A stretch of 64,000 nucleotides of DNA from an uncultured Desulfurococcaceae archaeon (GCA_964399035.1 CAYNPH010000034.1:3725-67724), one strand, 5' to 3'; shown: positions 8,402 to 18,408, counted from the first letter of the stretch. Notes: generated by a model not told the origin, from the letters alone. Translations and numbers: made by a program.

Positions 8402-9436
8402 CTACTTTAGCTCTATGCCCCAGTACCTCTCCAGTACTAAGGACACACCCCTAACCCATAGGCTATCGGTTGGCACCCGCACCCGCTTCCTGAACACTCC
8501 AAGCTGGAACCCCCTTAAGAAACTCCTTAGGCCCGCGGGCAAAGCGTTACCATATCCGCCCTCCAGCACCATGGTCACCCCCTTAACACGGCTTCGCATG
8601 AGCTCGGCAACGAACGACCCAAACATAGTGAAAACATCATCAGAAGCCCTCAAGGTTGACATGGGGTCAAGGGCATGTGAATCAAACCCAGCGGAAATTA
8701 CGAGGGCATCAGGCCTGAATGCTTCCGCGAGCCTCGGCAGTACATCACTAATCAACCACAGGAACTCATCATCACCAGCGCCGTGGGGCAGTGGCACGTT
8801 CACCTTAGTTCCCTTAGCCGCATTCCCACCAACGTCCCTGAAGTCCCCAGTACCGGGATATATTCCGTGTTCATGTATATCAACATGAAGCACCCTAGGC
8901 TCATACCAGAAAATTTCCTGGGTCCCGTTCCCATGGTGAGCGTCGAAGTCAAGGATCATGACCTTTAAGCCCTTATCTAAGAAGTTCCTCGCAGCTATGG
9001 CTGCGTTGTTAAATATACAGAAACCGTTAGATAATGCCCCCAAGGCGGGCCCGGCCCTACCAGCGTGGTGCCCTGGGGGCCTAACAAGCGCAAGCACAGG
9101 TGCCCGTACTTCTAAAGAGACATCGGCAGCGTTCCACGCAGTACTAGCGGCTAGGAGCGCGACACTGAATGTGTGCTCATTAACGTACGTGTCAGCGTCT
9201 ATGTAGTGAAACCCCTTCTTACTCTCGCTCTCTATGTACTCAACGTAATCCCTATCATGAACAAGCTCAACAACCCTTCTCGAAGGGGAGGGAGGCCCTA
9301 TCACCCTAAGCTCATCTTTAGGAACAGCGTCCCTAACAGTTGAGAAAGCCATTAACACGCGCTCAGGGCTTTCAGGATGCGGGTTAAGGGGATCCTCATG
9401 CAGGGTGAAGGACTTCGAGAAGCAGACTATTAGCAA
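8402..9436 (-). CDS. Histone deacetylase-family enzyme (AcuC/acetylpolyamine amidohydrolase-like)
   Basis: RPPGHHA, DFDAHHGNGTQEIF, and GFD...DP motifs. Confidence 0.85.
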   Translation of the reverse strand: MLIVCFSKSFTLHEDPLNPHPESPERVLMAFSTVRDAVPKDELRVIGPPSPSRRVVELVHDRDYVEYIESESKKGFHYIDADTYVNEHTFSVALLAASTAWNAADVSLEVRAPVLALVRPPGHHAGRAGPALGALSNGFCIFNNAAIAARNFLDKGLKVMILDFDAHHGNGTQEIFWYEPRVLHVDIHEHGIYPGTGDFRDVGGNAAKGTKVNVPLPHGAGDDEFLWLISDVLPRLAEAFRPDALVISAGFDSHALDPMSTLRASDDVFTMFGSFVAELMRSRVKGVTMVLEGGYGNALPAGLRSFLRGFQLGVFRKRVRVPTDSLWVRGVSLVLERYWGIELK

Positions 9437-10425
9437 CGCGCAACACCGGGCAATTGACTACTCAGTGCTGCGCGGATAGCGTCCCTTAAGGCATCCTCAG
9501 AACTCATCGTCGGTCTCCAACCGCACGCCTTCATCTTGCTTATGTCCAAGAGCATAAACTTAACATCCCCTTTCCATCCCCTGCCGTCAGGGGTGGCTGG
9601 CCTATACCGGAACTCAACGTTCTTCAACCCCATCTCCTCAACCACTAACTCGGCTATCCTCTTGACAGTGACCCAATCCTCGTTCCCCAAGTTAAACACT
9701 TCGTAAGGTCTCCCGCTACTCCTGAGGGCCCTTAACGCAACTTCAACGCCTGAAACTAAGTCCCTAACATGGAGGTAGGACTTCCTCTGTGTCCCGTCAC
9801 CAAGAATCTCAAGGGCGTTTGGGTTCGACCGAAGCTTACGTATGAAGTCAATAATCACCCCATGGCTTTGCCTGGGTCCCACGATGTTAGCGAATCTCAG
9901 TATAAGGGATTTAATACCATATGCTATGCTGTAGGTGATTATCAGGTTCTCAGAGGCTAACTTGGCCGCACCGTAAACTGAGATGGGTTCCTTAGGCTCG
10001 TAATCCTCGGGGGTCGGGAACTTCTTTGCATCGCCGTAAACCGTTGAGGAACTGGCGAACACTAATTCCTTCACACTATTAATTCGGCATGCCTCCAAAA
10101 CATTGAAGGTTGCTAAGACGTTCTCATTGAAATGAGTTCTTGGGTTAGTCATGGAGACACGCACCTCAGGATTGGCGGCGAAGTGATAGACGATGTCAGC
10201 GCCCCTAAACTCTTGAACCCACTCACCATTAGGATCCTTGAGGTCGTCGAGGATAAGCCTCACTCTCCCGCTCCTCATTGCCCCCATCAGAAAATCCTTC
10301 CGCCCAGAACTGAGGTTATCAATCACTACTACGTCATAATCCTTCTTAACTAAGGAATCAACTATGTGTGAACCTATGAATCCCGCGCCACCCGTCACCA
10401 CAGCCTTAACCAAGAGCCTAATCAC
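9430..10425 (-). CDS. NAD-dependent sugar-nucleotide epimerase/dehydratase (GalE-like SDR)
   Basis: VTGGAGFIGSH Rossmann motif and YGAAK catalytic motif. Overlaps the downstream HDAC gene by 7 nt. Confidence 0.85.
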   Translation of the reverse strand: MIRLLVKAVVTGGAGFIGSHIVDSLVKKDYDVVVIDNLSSGRKDFLMGAMRSGRVRLILDDLKDPNGEWVQEFRGADIVYHFAANPEVRVSMTNPRTHFNENVLATFNVLEACRINSVKELVFASSSTVYGDAKKFPTPEDYEPKEPISVYGAAKLASENLIITYSIAYGIKSLILRFANIVGPRQSHGVIIDFIRKLRSNPNALEILGDGTQRKSYLHVRDLVSGVEVALRALRSSGRPYEVFNLGNEDWVTVKRIAELVVEEMGLKNVEFRYRPATPDGRGWKGDVKFMLLDISKMKACGWRPTMSSEDALRDAIRAALSSQLPGVARC

Positions 10426-11438
10426 CTCTTGCGGGGTCTACGTTGCTGCTCAGTCGCCCTCAATTGAGTTACTATGGCGTTAGCAACGACGTCAACAACA
10501 TCCAGCACGTTGTCGAGCGTGCTTTCCTGCGGGTTACGGAACTTTATTATTATGTGGTTCCCCCTTAAGATAATGCTGAGTTTCTCGCTCATCTCCTTAG
10601 GTATCGCCGATATAACCTTCACGAAGCTTACATCCCTTCTGTAGAGGCAGACCCTTATTGTGTGACCTAACTCAGTCTCCTGCACTAGTATAGCCACGCC
10701 GTCCTTCTTGCAGACCTTCATTAGGATGTCGTAAGTTACGGGCTTCAAGAGTGGATAATTCTTCTTAATTAGCTCTCTGTTGAACTTACTTGAGATTACA
10801 ATTACTTTTAGTTTATCGTACTGAATGTATTCCCTGTTCTCAAGGATTTTCTCAGCCAGTTCCATGGCCTTGTCATACTTCTCATTCTCCTTTAATAACT
10901 CCTCCGAAGGCTTCAAGGTCTTCGTCCTCAATACCTCCATCATGAACGTGTACATCAGTTGCCGGAACTCCTTGGAGTTATAGTTGACCTTGAGGGCTCT
11001 AAGCATAATTCTTCCGAGTTTCGACACCTTATCATGCTCCCCAGCGTTAATGGCTTCAATATCACGGAGTACTTGCTCTGGCACATCCACGCGTTCATTC
11101 AATGTCTCAACGTACTCCAGCATTGTGGACGTCAGTGAACCGACGTTGGAGAACCTCATTATCAGGTCACTCTTCCCCGCGGAGTCATACTTCAGCACAA
11201 CACCTAATCTCTTCTCAGGTATGTACTGTATCGATATGGAGTCCTGCAGCACGGCACCGTCCTTGTGGCTAATGCCCACGGCATAGGACTTAGTTATCGC
11301 TAGACCCTTCCGCTCACTGGGTGAAGGGAACTCCACGTATATTCTATAACCCTTGCGCAGAAGCGCCGTTGCGAGCACGGCTGAAGCTGTGACTTCATCC
11401 CAACTCCATCCCGAGTATATTGTGGTGCTCCTAGGCAT
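10422..11438 (-). CDS. Uncharacterised protein with a degenerate DHH/DHHA1-like pattern (possible inactivated RecJ/Cdc45-like protein)
   Basis: 338 aa. N-terminal IYSGWSWDEVTASAVLATALLRKGY mimics DHH motifs I/II (H.n.DxDxxxSaxxL) but lacks the Asp/His ligands. No DHH triad. C-terminal ELGHTIRV occupies the GGGH position. 4-nt overlap with the epimerase gene. Low GC (~36-40% by hand count). Confidence 0.45.
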   Translation of the reverse strand: MPRSTTIYSGWSWDEVTASAVLATALLRKGYRIYVEFPSPSERKGLAITKSYAVGISHKDGAVLQDSISIQYIPEKRLGVVLKYDSAGKSDLIMRFSNVGSLTSTMLEYVETLNERVDVPEQVLRDIEAINAGEHDKVSKLGRIMLRALKVNYNSKEFRQLMYTFMMEVLRTKTLKPSEELLKENEKYDKAMELAEKILENREYIQYDKLKVIVISSKFNRELIKKNYPLLKPVTYDILMKVCKKDGVAILVQETELGHTIRVCLYRRDVSFVKVISAIPKEMSEKLSIILRGNHIIIKFRNPQESTLDNVLDVVDVVANAIVTQLRATEQQRRPRKR

Positions 11439-11615
11439 TACTACCCCCCTCAGACTAGGAATTCAGGTGCATACCTTATCACTGCAAAGCCATCCACGCG
11501 CATCACGCGATCATCACACTCGATTACGTAGTGGTTACTCTGCCTCTAACACCTTAAAACTAAAATAAAATCTTTTGTTCTCCCCACGTACCGAGTAGAC
11601 CATAACATCAAGATC

Positions 11616-13766
11616 ATGCAGGCGGAAATTCCCTCAGAAAGTGCTTTTAGGAAGGCGTTGAGAATTAAGCGGGTGCCTAAAGTGATCCCGATAACGGTGT
11701 TAGCCGTAGTAGCTGGTATTGTTGCGATAGTGTACGCGTTCACGCTCGCGTTTCTAATTCTGAGAAGACCAGCCGGTACTGGAAGGATGGTTGAGATCCA
11801 TAACTTCATTAAAGAGGGTGCGAAAGCCTACTTAAAGAAGCAGTACACGGTCATCTTGACAATAGCGTTCATAATCACCGCCGTACTGGCTTTCATTAAC
11901 CCACTAATGTCCCTGAGCTACATCCTCGGCGCGTTTTCGTCAGTAATAGCAGGGTACGTAGGGATGTGGGTCGCAGTGAACTCCAACGTCAGGACAACGT
12001 ACGCTGCAAAAAAGCACGGGCTAAGCAAAGCACTCAGGATAGCATTCAGTGGAGGCATGGTGCTGGGCCTAATGGATGTCGGCGTGGGCGTCCTCTTAGT
12101 CGCGCTCCAGTACATATTCTACGGCGGAACACCAGCTGCGGTGAGGGCCATGATAGGCTACAGCTTTGGAGCCTCCACAGTAGCACTGTTCGCTAGGGTA
12201 GGCGGCGGAATCTACACGAAAGCAGCGGACATAGGTGCTGACCTAGTGGGTAAGGTGGAGGAGGGAATACCTGAGGATGACCCGAGAAACCCTGGAGTGA
12301 TTGCTGACAACGTCGGCGATAACGTCGGTGATGTTGCCGGGATGGGTGCCGACCTATTCGAGTCGTATGTCGAGTCAATAATCTCAGCGATGATCATAGC
12401 TGCCACAGCGATCCTGGCGACGGCCGGGCCAAAATGGGTTGATTGGGCAATGCTCCCCATGGCCGTCGCGGCGGCGGGAGTATTCTCTGCAATAATAACT
12501 TCGTTCTTCGTACGCGTTAAGGAGGGGGGTGACCCATCTAAACCCCTGACGCTCTCAACGATACTCGCCGGGGTACTAATTGCTGTGTTCACGTACCCCC
12601 TAGCCACGATGATATTAGGGCCTGATGCAGGATTAAGGACCTTCGTAGTCGTTGTTGCTGGCATAGTCGCCGGGATCATAGTGGGGCTCACAAGCGATTA
12701 CTTCACAAACCCGGGCAAGAAGCCAGTTAGGAAAGTGGCGTTCATGTCGCAGACCGGCCCAGCACTAACGATACTCACGGGTATGGCTTACGGTTTCCTA
12801 AGCGTCCTAATTCCGGCAATAGGCATAGCTGTCGCTGAACTAATCGCGTACCTCGTACTATCACCCTACGGCTTCTGGTACGGGATATATGGCGTTGCGC
12901 TGGCGGCTGTCGGCATGCTCTCCCTAACGGGGATTGTGGTCAGCGCGGATGCTTACGGGCCAATAACGGACAACGCGGCCGGAATAGCCGAACAGGCAGG
13001 GCTAGGCGAGGACGTCAGGGCGATAACTGACAGGCTAGACGCCGCAGGCAACACCATGAAGTCCGTGTCCAAAGGCTTCGCCATAGGGTCAGCCGCCCTA
13101 ACGGCCCTAGCACTCATAGCGGCCTACTCCAGCACAATAATGAATATAACCGGGTTCACCTTGGAGAAGATGAAGCAATTAATGAGCATCCTTGATGCTA
13201 AGGTCATTAGTGGTGCCTTAATAGGCATGGCGTTACCGGCAGCCTTCACGACGCTAGTAATACTGGCTGTGAGTGACGCGGCCTTCGTGCTAATTGAGGA
13301 GATCAGAAGGCAATTCAGGGAGAAACCAGGAATACTGGAATTTAAGGAGAAACCGGATTACGGAAGGGCAGTATCCATAGTGACTTCCTACGCCATCAAG
13401 AGGCTCATCCAGCCGGGCGTGTTAGCGATAGCGTCACCGCTAATTATAGGGTTCATATTAGGGCCCTACAGCCTAGGCGGTGCGTTGCTGGCCGCGACCC
13501 TCTCGGGGTTACTGCTGGGTCTCTTCCAAGGTAACGTAGGTAACACCTGGGATAACGCCAAGAAGTATGTTGAGGAAGGACATTACGGAGGTAAGGGAAG
13601 CGAAACCCACAAGGCGGCGGTGATAGGTGACACCGTCGGCGACCCCTTAAAGGACGCCTCAGGACCGTCGCTAAACATCCTGATAAAGCTCATGAGCGTA
13701 GTATCCCTAGTATTCGCTCAGTTAATAGTGACGCATAATCTGCTGTCCCTCCTAGGAATACACTAA
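11616..13766 (+). CDS. hppA: Membrane-bound H+-translocating pyrophosphatase
   Basis: 716 aa, ~16 TM helices. Hallmark motifs [41 protein letters not shown] and [10 protein letters not shown]. Confidence 0.95.
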   Translation: MQAEIPSESAFRKALRIKRVPKVIPITVLAVVAGIVAIVYAFTLAFLILRRPAGTGRMVEIHNFIKEGAKAYLKKQYTVILTIAFIITAVLAFINPLMSLSYILGAFSSVIAGYVGMWVAVNSNVRTTYAAKKHGLSKALRIAFSGGMVLGLMDVGVGVLLVALQYIFYGGTPAAVRAMIGYSFGASTVALFARVGGGIYTKAADIGADLVGKVEEGIPEDDPRNPGVIADNVGDNVGDVAGMGADLFESYVESIISAMIIAATAILATAGPKWVDWAMLPMAVAAAGVFSAIITSFFVRVKEGGDPSKPLTLSTILAGVLIAVFTYPLATMILGPDAGLRTFVVVVAGIVAGIIVGLTSDYFTNPGKKPVRKVAFMSQTGPALTILTGMAYGFLSVLIPAIGIAVAELIAYLVLSPYGFWYGIYGVALAAVGMLSLTGIVVSADAYGPITDNAAGIAEQAGLGEDVRAITDRLDAAGNTMKSVSKGFAIGSAALTALALIAAYSSTIMNITGFTLEKMKQLMSILDAKVISGALIGMALPAAFTTLVILAVSDAAFVLIEEIRRQFREKPGILEFKEKPDYGRAVSIVTSYAIKRLIQPGVLAIASPLIIGFILGPYSLGGALLAATLSGLLLGLFQGNVGNTWDNAKKYVEEGHYGGKGSETHKAAVIGDTVGDPLKDASGPSLNILIKLMSVVSLVFAQLIVTHNLLSLLGIH

Positions 13767-13971
13767 CAAACTAAACGGATATTATGGACTTTCTTCCGTT
13801 AATTCGCTAGACACTCACCTTCTTCAGCGCTGCGTTACTTTACAGGTTTTAGGTTAGGGGATAAGGAACCTCGGTCTTTCGCGGCCTCCACATCATCGGA
13901 GCCTCAGGTGTCCCAGCCTAACCACATCGGTTGGGCCGCCACTAAGAGTTTCGTTAGGGATGTATTAACGT

Positions 13972-14508
13972 TTAATAATCTATGCCCTCCAACGAAATAA
14001 CGCCCTTCCTGAAGTAGTGCTTAACCTCACGAACCTCGCTCACTAGGTCAGCGATCTCCCTTATAGTGCTTGGGACGTAACGCCCAGTCACGATTGCATG
14101 CCTTTCTCGGTTATCCACGAATGCTTGGAGAGCGTCAAGCACGGTCCACTCATCCACGAGGCCTAGGTGCGTTGCTATACCTAGTTCATCCAGTACCACT
14201 AGCTTGGGTTGGAATTTCTCAAGCAATTCGGGAAGAGTATGGCGGAGGAACCCGTAAATTAACGCCGTGTTTGTCAATGCAGCGTCACTGGTCAGGTCCC
14301 CGGGCTTAACGAATTCCCTTACACCGAGCAGAAACCACTTCAGCAGTTCCTCGCGTACGCCTGACCGGAAGAACGCGACCTCTCCGCTAGGCGTTGCCTT
14401 CATGAATTGAGCCACCACTACCCTATGACCCCTCCCTAGGGCCCTAGCGACGACCCCCATAGCGGCAGTTGTCTTACCTTTACCGGTGCCGAAGTACACG
14501 AGCAACAC
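13972..14508 (-). CDS. cobA: Cob(I)yrinic acid a,c-diamide / corrinoid adenosyltransferase (CobA/CobO/BtuR family)
   Basis: GTGKGKTTAAMGVVARALGRGHRVVVAQFMK P-loop pattern and LVVLDE. Size ~178 aa. Confidence 0.8.
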   Translation of the reverse strand: MLLVYFGTGKGKTTAAMGVVARALGRGHRVVVAQFMKATPSGEVAFFRSGVREELLKWFLLGVREFVKPGDLTSDAALTNTALIYGFLRHTLPELLEKFQPKLVVLDELGIATHLGLVDEWTVLDALQAFVDNRERHAIVTGRYVPSTIREIADLVSEVREVKHYFRKGVISLEGIDY

Positions 14509-14510
14509 CG

Positions 14511-16226
14511 CTAGTCACCCACGCTCAATGCGTTAATGCTGAGTAACCCCGTTACAATTAAGTTAAATGCACTCACACCCACTCGAGCACCTAACTCAGC
14601 CTGAAGAGCGTTCCTCAAGCCCTCACCCCTAAGTCCCCTGCGGGCAAGCATGACGGTCAGCGTAAGGGCTGTCCTGAACCAAGGCATAGATGCATAATTA
14701 TCCCTTAACATGTCGGCCTCCTCGGGGGGTAATGAACGCCTTACGCGCCTTAAATTGGGCACACCGTACCCTGTTGCCTTGAGTGGAGGGCCGTTGCTTC
14801 TGAACGCTTCTAACCCATCCTTATACAGGGACGAACGTAATTCGCTGAGCAGGTCATCGTCAATTACATTAAGCACGTCCATACCCACCACTAAGTTCCG
14901 ATACGCGTTGAACACCTTTTCAGCATTACTTGCACTTAGCACGTTAAGTGCCGCCGCGAAGGAGAAGTACGCGGCCCTCATGGCTAGATCGTGATCGAGC
15001 TTATCAAAAGTATCTAAGCTAGTGTGGTAGTACCTGTCCGGCCAGCTTATTAGGGCAACGGCTGGTACGTCGTAAGCAACATAGGGCTCGTGGTCGCTTC
15101 CAGGCTCAAAATTAATGACCCTACTCCGTATTCCCGTTAACCTCTTATGGGGCAGAAAACCTTTGCTACTGGCGAAGACCTCTTTAAACACGTTGTAAGT
15201 TACCGCTTCTTGAGGTGACAGCATATGGATTGGTGGTCTAACGAAGAGGAGGGTGGAGCCAGTCACGCTTTGTCTCTCCCCAACCATGTCTAAGTTAATC
15301 GCCCACAGTACCCTTCGCTTTCCTCCCTCGGAGCTTAAGTGCTCAAGAAACTGCAATGAGCCCACGTATTCAGGAACCCAAACAACCTTAATGCGCCCGT
15401 ACTTCAGCACCTTGCTGGCATTAGGTATTGATCCGAGGGCTAGGATTAACTCAGCCAATGCTGCGGCTCCGCTGACGTTATCATTAATCATCCCGGCAGG
15501 ATGGCAGTAATGGGCTACTAGGTGTACCTCGACCTCTCCAGAACCAAGCGACGCGGTGACGACGATGCCTTCAGCACGATCCACGTAACCAGCCTTAATG
15601 AAGCCCTTAACAACTACACGACCATATTGCCTCAATAATCGCTCGAGCTCCTCAACAGTCCTCAAACTTACTGAGAAAGCAGGTACCTTCATGAGCTTAG
15701 CGTCATCTGGTGTCGGAAATAAGCTAAAGTACGGAACTGCGTTCCTTGGCGCGTCATCCCTGTAGAATAAGGCTGCCAGCGCCCCCCTTCGACAAATCTC
15801 TAAATACTTTTCCAAGCCGCCCCACCTAGTGAGGATGACACCGTCCAGCGAGTCAGGCAGGTTGTCATCCCTAACTATGGTTAACCTTCCCTCAAACTCA
15901 CCACCGGGGCTATGGGCCACCACGCTAGTGGGCACCGCGCTGAAGGAGGAAATCAGGCGGTTAATGGGCTCAACAATCATTAACTCCGAGGACTTAACCC
16001 ACCAGCCTGAGAGGGGCTCAAACCAGTTTGGCGGGTCGTCATAGTTAAACCTGAAGAACCCGACCTCAGCACCTGCATCGGAAGCAATGTCCATTAAGTA
16101 ACGTGCGGCCTGGTTAATTTCCCTTGACCCCTGAATCCTGTGATAAGATGATAACTCCGCCGCAATACGCGTGAACCTAGGCAAAGATAAGCGATACTTC
16201 AAATCCTGAAGCAAATTGCTCAACAT
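14511..16226 (-). CDS. M28-family metallopeptidase / aminopeptidase-like protein
   Basis: 571 aa. HLVAHYCHP...NDNVSGAAALAEL, NLDMVGE and GSDHEPY metal-ligand-like motifs typical of the M28 (DUF4910-type) family. Confidence 0.65.
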   Translation of the reverse strand: MLSNLLQDLKYRLSLPRFTRIAAELSSYHRIQGSREINQAARYLMDIASDAGAEVGFFRFNYDDPPNWFEPLSGWWVKSSELMIVEPINRLISSFSAVPTSVVAHSPGGEFEGRLTIVRDDNLPDSLDGVILTRWGGLEKYLEICRRGALAALFYRDDAPRNAVPYFSLFPTPDDAKLMKVPAFSVSLRTVEELERLLRQYGRVVVKGFIKAGYVDRAEGIVVTASLGSGEVEVHLVAHYCHPAGMINDNVSGAAALAELILALGSIPNASKVLKYGRIKVVWVPEYVGSLQFLEHLSSEGGKRRVLWAINLDMVGERQSVTGSTLLFVRPPIHMLSPQEAVTYNVFKEVFASSKGFLPHKRLTGIRSRVINFEPGSDHEPYVAYDVPAVALISWPDRYYHTSLDTFDKLDHDLAMRAAYFSFAAALNVLSASNAEKVFNAYRNLVVGMDVLNVIDDDLLSELRSSLYKDGLEAFRSNGPPLKATGYGVPNLRRVRRSLPPEEADMLRDNYASMPWFRTALTLTVMLARRGLRGEGLRNALQAELGARVGVSAFNLIVTGLLSINALSVGD

Positions 16227-16326
16227 GGCTCCAGCACCGCGCCATTAACTACAATAACATCCTGCACGGGAAGGTAAAAAAAGAAAAGCTGTGTCTTGGG
16301 CTTGAAATGAGGAGCGTTCACCGTAC

Positions 16327-16545
16327 TCACTCCAGCCCAATCCGTTTAGCAAAGTCGAACACTGTTAAGGACACGACCTTTCCGTTCTTGATCCGTACAG
16401 CTATATCGTTCTCTGTTAAGAAGGACTCATCAGCATCCTCTATATCGTATCCGAAGTTTATGTAAAGAATGTCATTCTGCTTGTCGTATTCGAACCAGAT
16501 GTTGTTTAAGTCCCCTACCCTCAACTCCTTAGGTTCTCCTTCCAT
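16327..16545 (-). CDS. DUF2283-family small protein
   Basis: MEGEPKELRVGDLNNIWFEYDKQNDILYINFG...IAVRIKNGKVVSLTVFDF matches the DUF2283 pattern. The start was moved to internal ATG 16545 because a TATA-like ATTTAAAA (16579-16586, - strand) lies 34-41 nt upstream. Confidence 0.6.
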   Translation of the reverse strand: MEGEPKELRVGDLNNIWFEYDKQNDILYINFGYDIEDADESFLTENDIAVRIKNGKVVSLTVFDFAKRIGLE

Positions 16546-16762
16546 ACTCGATCCCTTATTCTCCGTACGTGCATTAAGTTTTAAATTCCTACCATTGAAC
16601 ACCTTATGGTGTGGCGTGGGTGGTGGTAAAATCAAAATTACTGAAATGTGAGGAAACATGTTCAGATTTCTGCTCATCTAAGTCAGGGGACGAATATTCA
16701 GCATGCATAACGGAGTGCTTCAAGCAATGCATAGCGACAGATAAGAGCTAATGATAAAACAT

Positions 16763-18022
16763 TTATGTCCCAAGGTTCCAGCTTGACAAGTACTTTCTCT
16801 GCTCCTCCGTCAACACGTCTATTTCGATACCCATCGACTTAAGCTTCAACCTCGCTATGTCTTCATCTATCTTCCTTGGAAGCGTATACACGCGGCGCTG
16901 AAGACTATCCCTGTTCTCCGCGATGTACTTAACGGCGTACGCTTGATTAGAGAAGCTCATATCCATAACCTCGCTAGGATGGCCCTCAGCAGCAACTAAG
17001 TTGACTAGACGCCCCTCAGCCAGTAGGTATAGGCGCCTCCCGTCCTTTAGTGTGTACTCGGTAACGTACTTCCTTATGGTTCTCTTCCTTACTGCGATCT
17101 CCTCCAGATCCTTTACACTGACCTCAACGTTGAAGTGCCCAGCGTTAGCTAGTATGGCTCCATCCTTCATCTTAAGCATGTGTTCCTTAATGATAACATC
17201 CTTATCGCCCGTCGCCGTAACGAAGATATCCCCGAGTTCGGCGGCCCTACTCATGGGCATAACCTCAAAGCCGTCCATGACCGCCTCCAACGCACGTATC
17301 GGGTCAACCTCAGTAACGATGACTCTCGCTCCCATGCCGCGGGCCCGCAAGGCTATGCCCCTGCCAACCCATCCGTACCCAGCAACAACGAATACTTTAC
17401 CAGCAATCAGAACGTTTGTCGCTCTTAAGATGCCGTCAATCGTGGACTGCCCTGTCCCGTAGCGATTATCGAAGAGGAACTTCGTCAGCGAGTCGTTAAC
17501 GGCTATGACGGGGTACTGTAACCTCCCCTCCCTCTCTAACGCCCTTAACCTTATCACGCCCGTCGTTGTTTCCTCGGTCCCTCCCCAAATGTTTCTTCCT
17601 ATCTCAGCGCCCTCTGAGTGCAGGTAGGCGTGAAGGTCGGCGCCGTCATCTAAGATGATGTGCGGACCCGCATTAGCAACCTGCTTAATGCACCAGTAAT
17701 ACTCATCAGGCTTCTGTCCCCTCCACGCGTACACATGTATGCCGTCCTCAGCTAAGGCAGCGGCAACGTCGTCCTGCGTTGAAAGCGGGTTACTGCCAGC
17801 AAGCCACACCTCCGCACCACCAGCCTTAAGGGTTCTCACGAGCGCTGCGGTCTCCTTAGTAACGTGAAGCACGGCAGACACCCTTAAACCTTCCAGAGGC
17901 TTGCACTCGCTGAATTCCTTGCGAATACTCATTAGTACTGGCATGTGGTGCTCGGCCCACTCTATCTGGACCCAGCCCTCCTTAGCCAAATCTGGATTCG
18001 CTACCCTAAATCCTCCCAGCAT
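16763..18022 (-). CDS. ahcY: S-adenosyl-L-homocysteine hydrolase
   Basis: 419 aa, full-length match in pattern ([17 protein letters not shown] site, GHFNVE, EGRLVNL). Confidence 0.97.
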   Translation of the reverse strand: MLGGFRVANPDLAKEGWVQIEWAEHHMPVLMSIRKEFSECKPLEGLRVSAVLHVTKETAALVRTLKAGGAEVWLAGSNPLSTQDDVAAALAEDGIHVYAWRGQKPDEYYWCIKQVANAGPHIILDDGADLHAYLHSEGAEIGRNIWGGTEETTTGVIRLRALEREGRLQYPVIAVNDSLTKFLFDNRYGTGQSTIDGILRATNVLIAGKVFVVAGYGWVGRGIALRARGMGARVIVTEVDPIRALEAVMDGFEVMPMSRAAELGDIFVTATGDKDVIIKEHMLKMKDGAILANAGHFNVEVSVKDLEEIAVRKRTIRKYVTEYTLKDGRRLYLLAEGRLVNLVAAEGHPSEVMDMSFSNQAYAVKYIAENRDSLQRRVYTLPRKIDEDIARLKLKSMGIEIDVLTEEQRKYLSSWNLGT

Positions 18023-18054
18023 AATGTCCGCCTGAATCTTAATGGACTCTCACA

Positions 18055-18062
18055 TTTTAAAG
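18055..18062 (-). promoter_or_regulatory. TATA box (CTTTAAAA on the - strand) of ahcY
   Basis: 33-40 nt upstream of ATG 18022, consistent with a leaderless or short-leader transcript. Confidence 0.45.
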
Positions 18063-18169
18063 GAGTATTCTGTACCTATTCATTATTCTACTGAAATAAC
18101 CTGATTCATTACACGAATGTATACTCTTAGAACAATGATTAAGATGCCACGAATGCATGAGGTAGATAG

Positions 18170-18179
18170 TTTTTAATAT
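18170..18179 (+). promoter_or_regulatory. TATA box (TTTTTAATAT) of the small Zn-ribbon gene
   Basis: 37-46 nt upstream of ATG 18216. Confidence 0.4.
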
Positions 18180-18215
18180 CACGAATCCGTAACTATAGAA
18201 TGAGGGTGCATAACT

Positions 18216-18368
18216 ATGGTTCAGGGCTTCTGTGTCAAGTGCAGGAAGAAAGTCGAGATTAAAAATCCCAGGGAGGTCACGCTAAAGAACGGCAGGAAAG
18301 CCATAAAGGGTAAGTGCCCCAAGTGTGGCACCACAGTCTACGTCTTTGTACCCAGCAAAAAGAAGTAA
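18216..18368 (+). CDS. Small (50 aa) CxxC...CxxC zinc-ribbon protein (DUF5679-like)
   Basis: Below the ORF-track size cut-off. MVQGFCVKCRKKVEIKNPREVTLKNGRKAIKGKCPKCGTTVYVFVPSKKK. It has its own TATA, and a T5 tract follows. Confidence 0.6.
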   Translation: MVQGFCVKCRKKVEIKNPREVTLKNGRKAIKGKCPKCGTTVYVFVPSKKK

Positions 18369-18408
18369 GTCGCGGGCAATCAACGGTCATATTCACTAAA
18401 CGATCGAC

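Noticed and set aside
8415-9206. Several + strand ORFs (61-157 aa) inside the HDAC-family gene, and similar antisense ORFs in hppA, ppdK, hel308 and acdA
   Set aside because: All are shadow ORFs opposite genes with unambiguous family motifs. Their translations are S/T/P/A-rich with no recognisable motifs.
13882-13940. Tested as a tRNA or C/D box sRNA (AUGAUGU on the - strand at ~13892-13898, with CUGA ~60 nt away)
   Set aside because: There is no cloverleaf, no T-loop GTTCRANYC, no internal D'/C' boxes, and the spacing is too long. It is kept only as a generic structured-spacer observation.
16546-16677. 44-codon N-terminal extension of the DUF2283 ORF (MSRNLNMFPHISVILILPPP...)
   Set aside because: The extension has an implausible composition and contains the likely TATA box of the gene. 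The family-like sequence begins at the internal Met.
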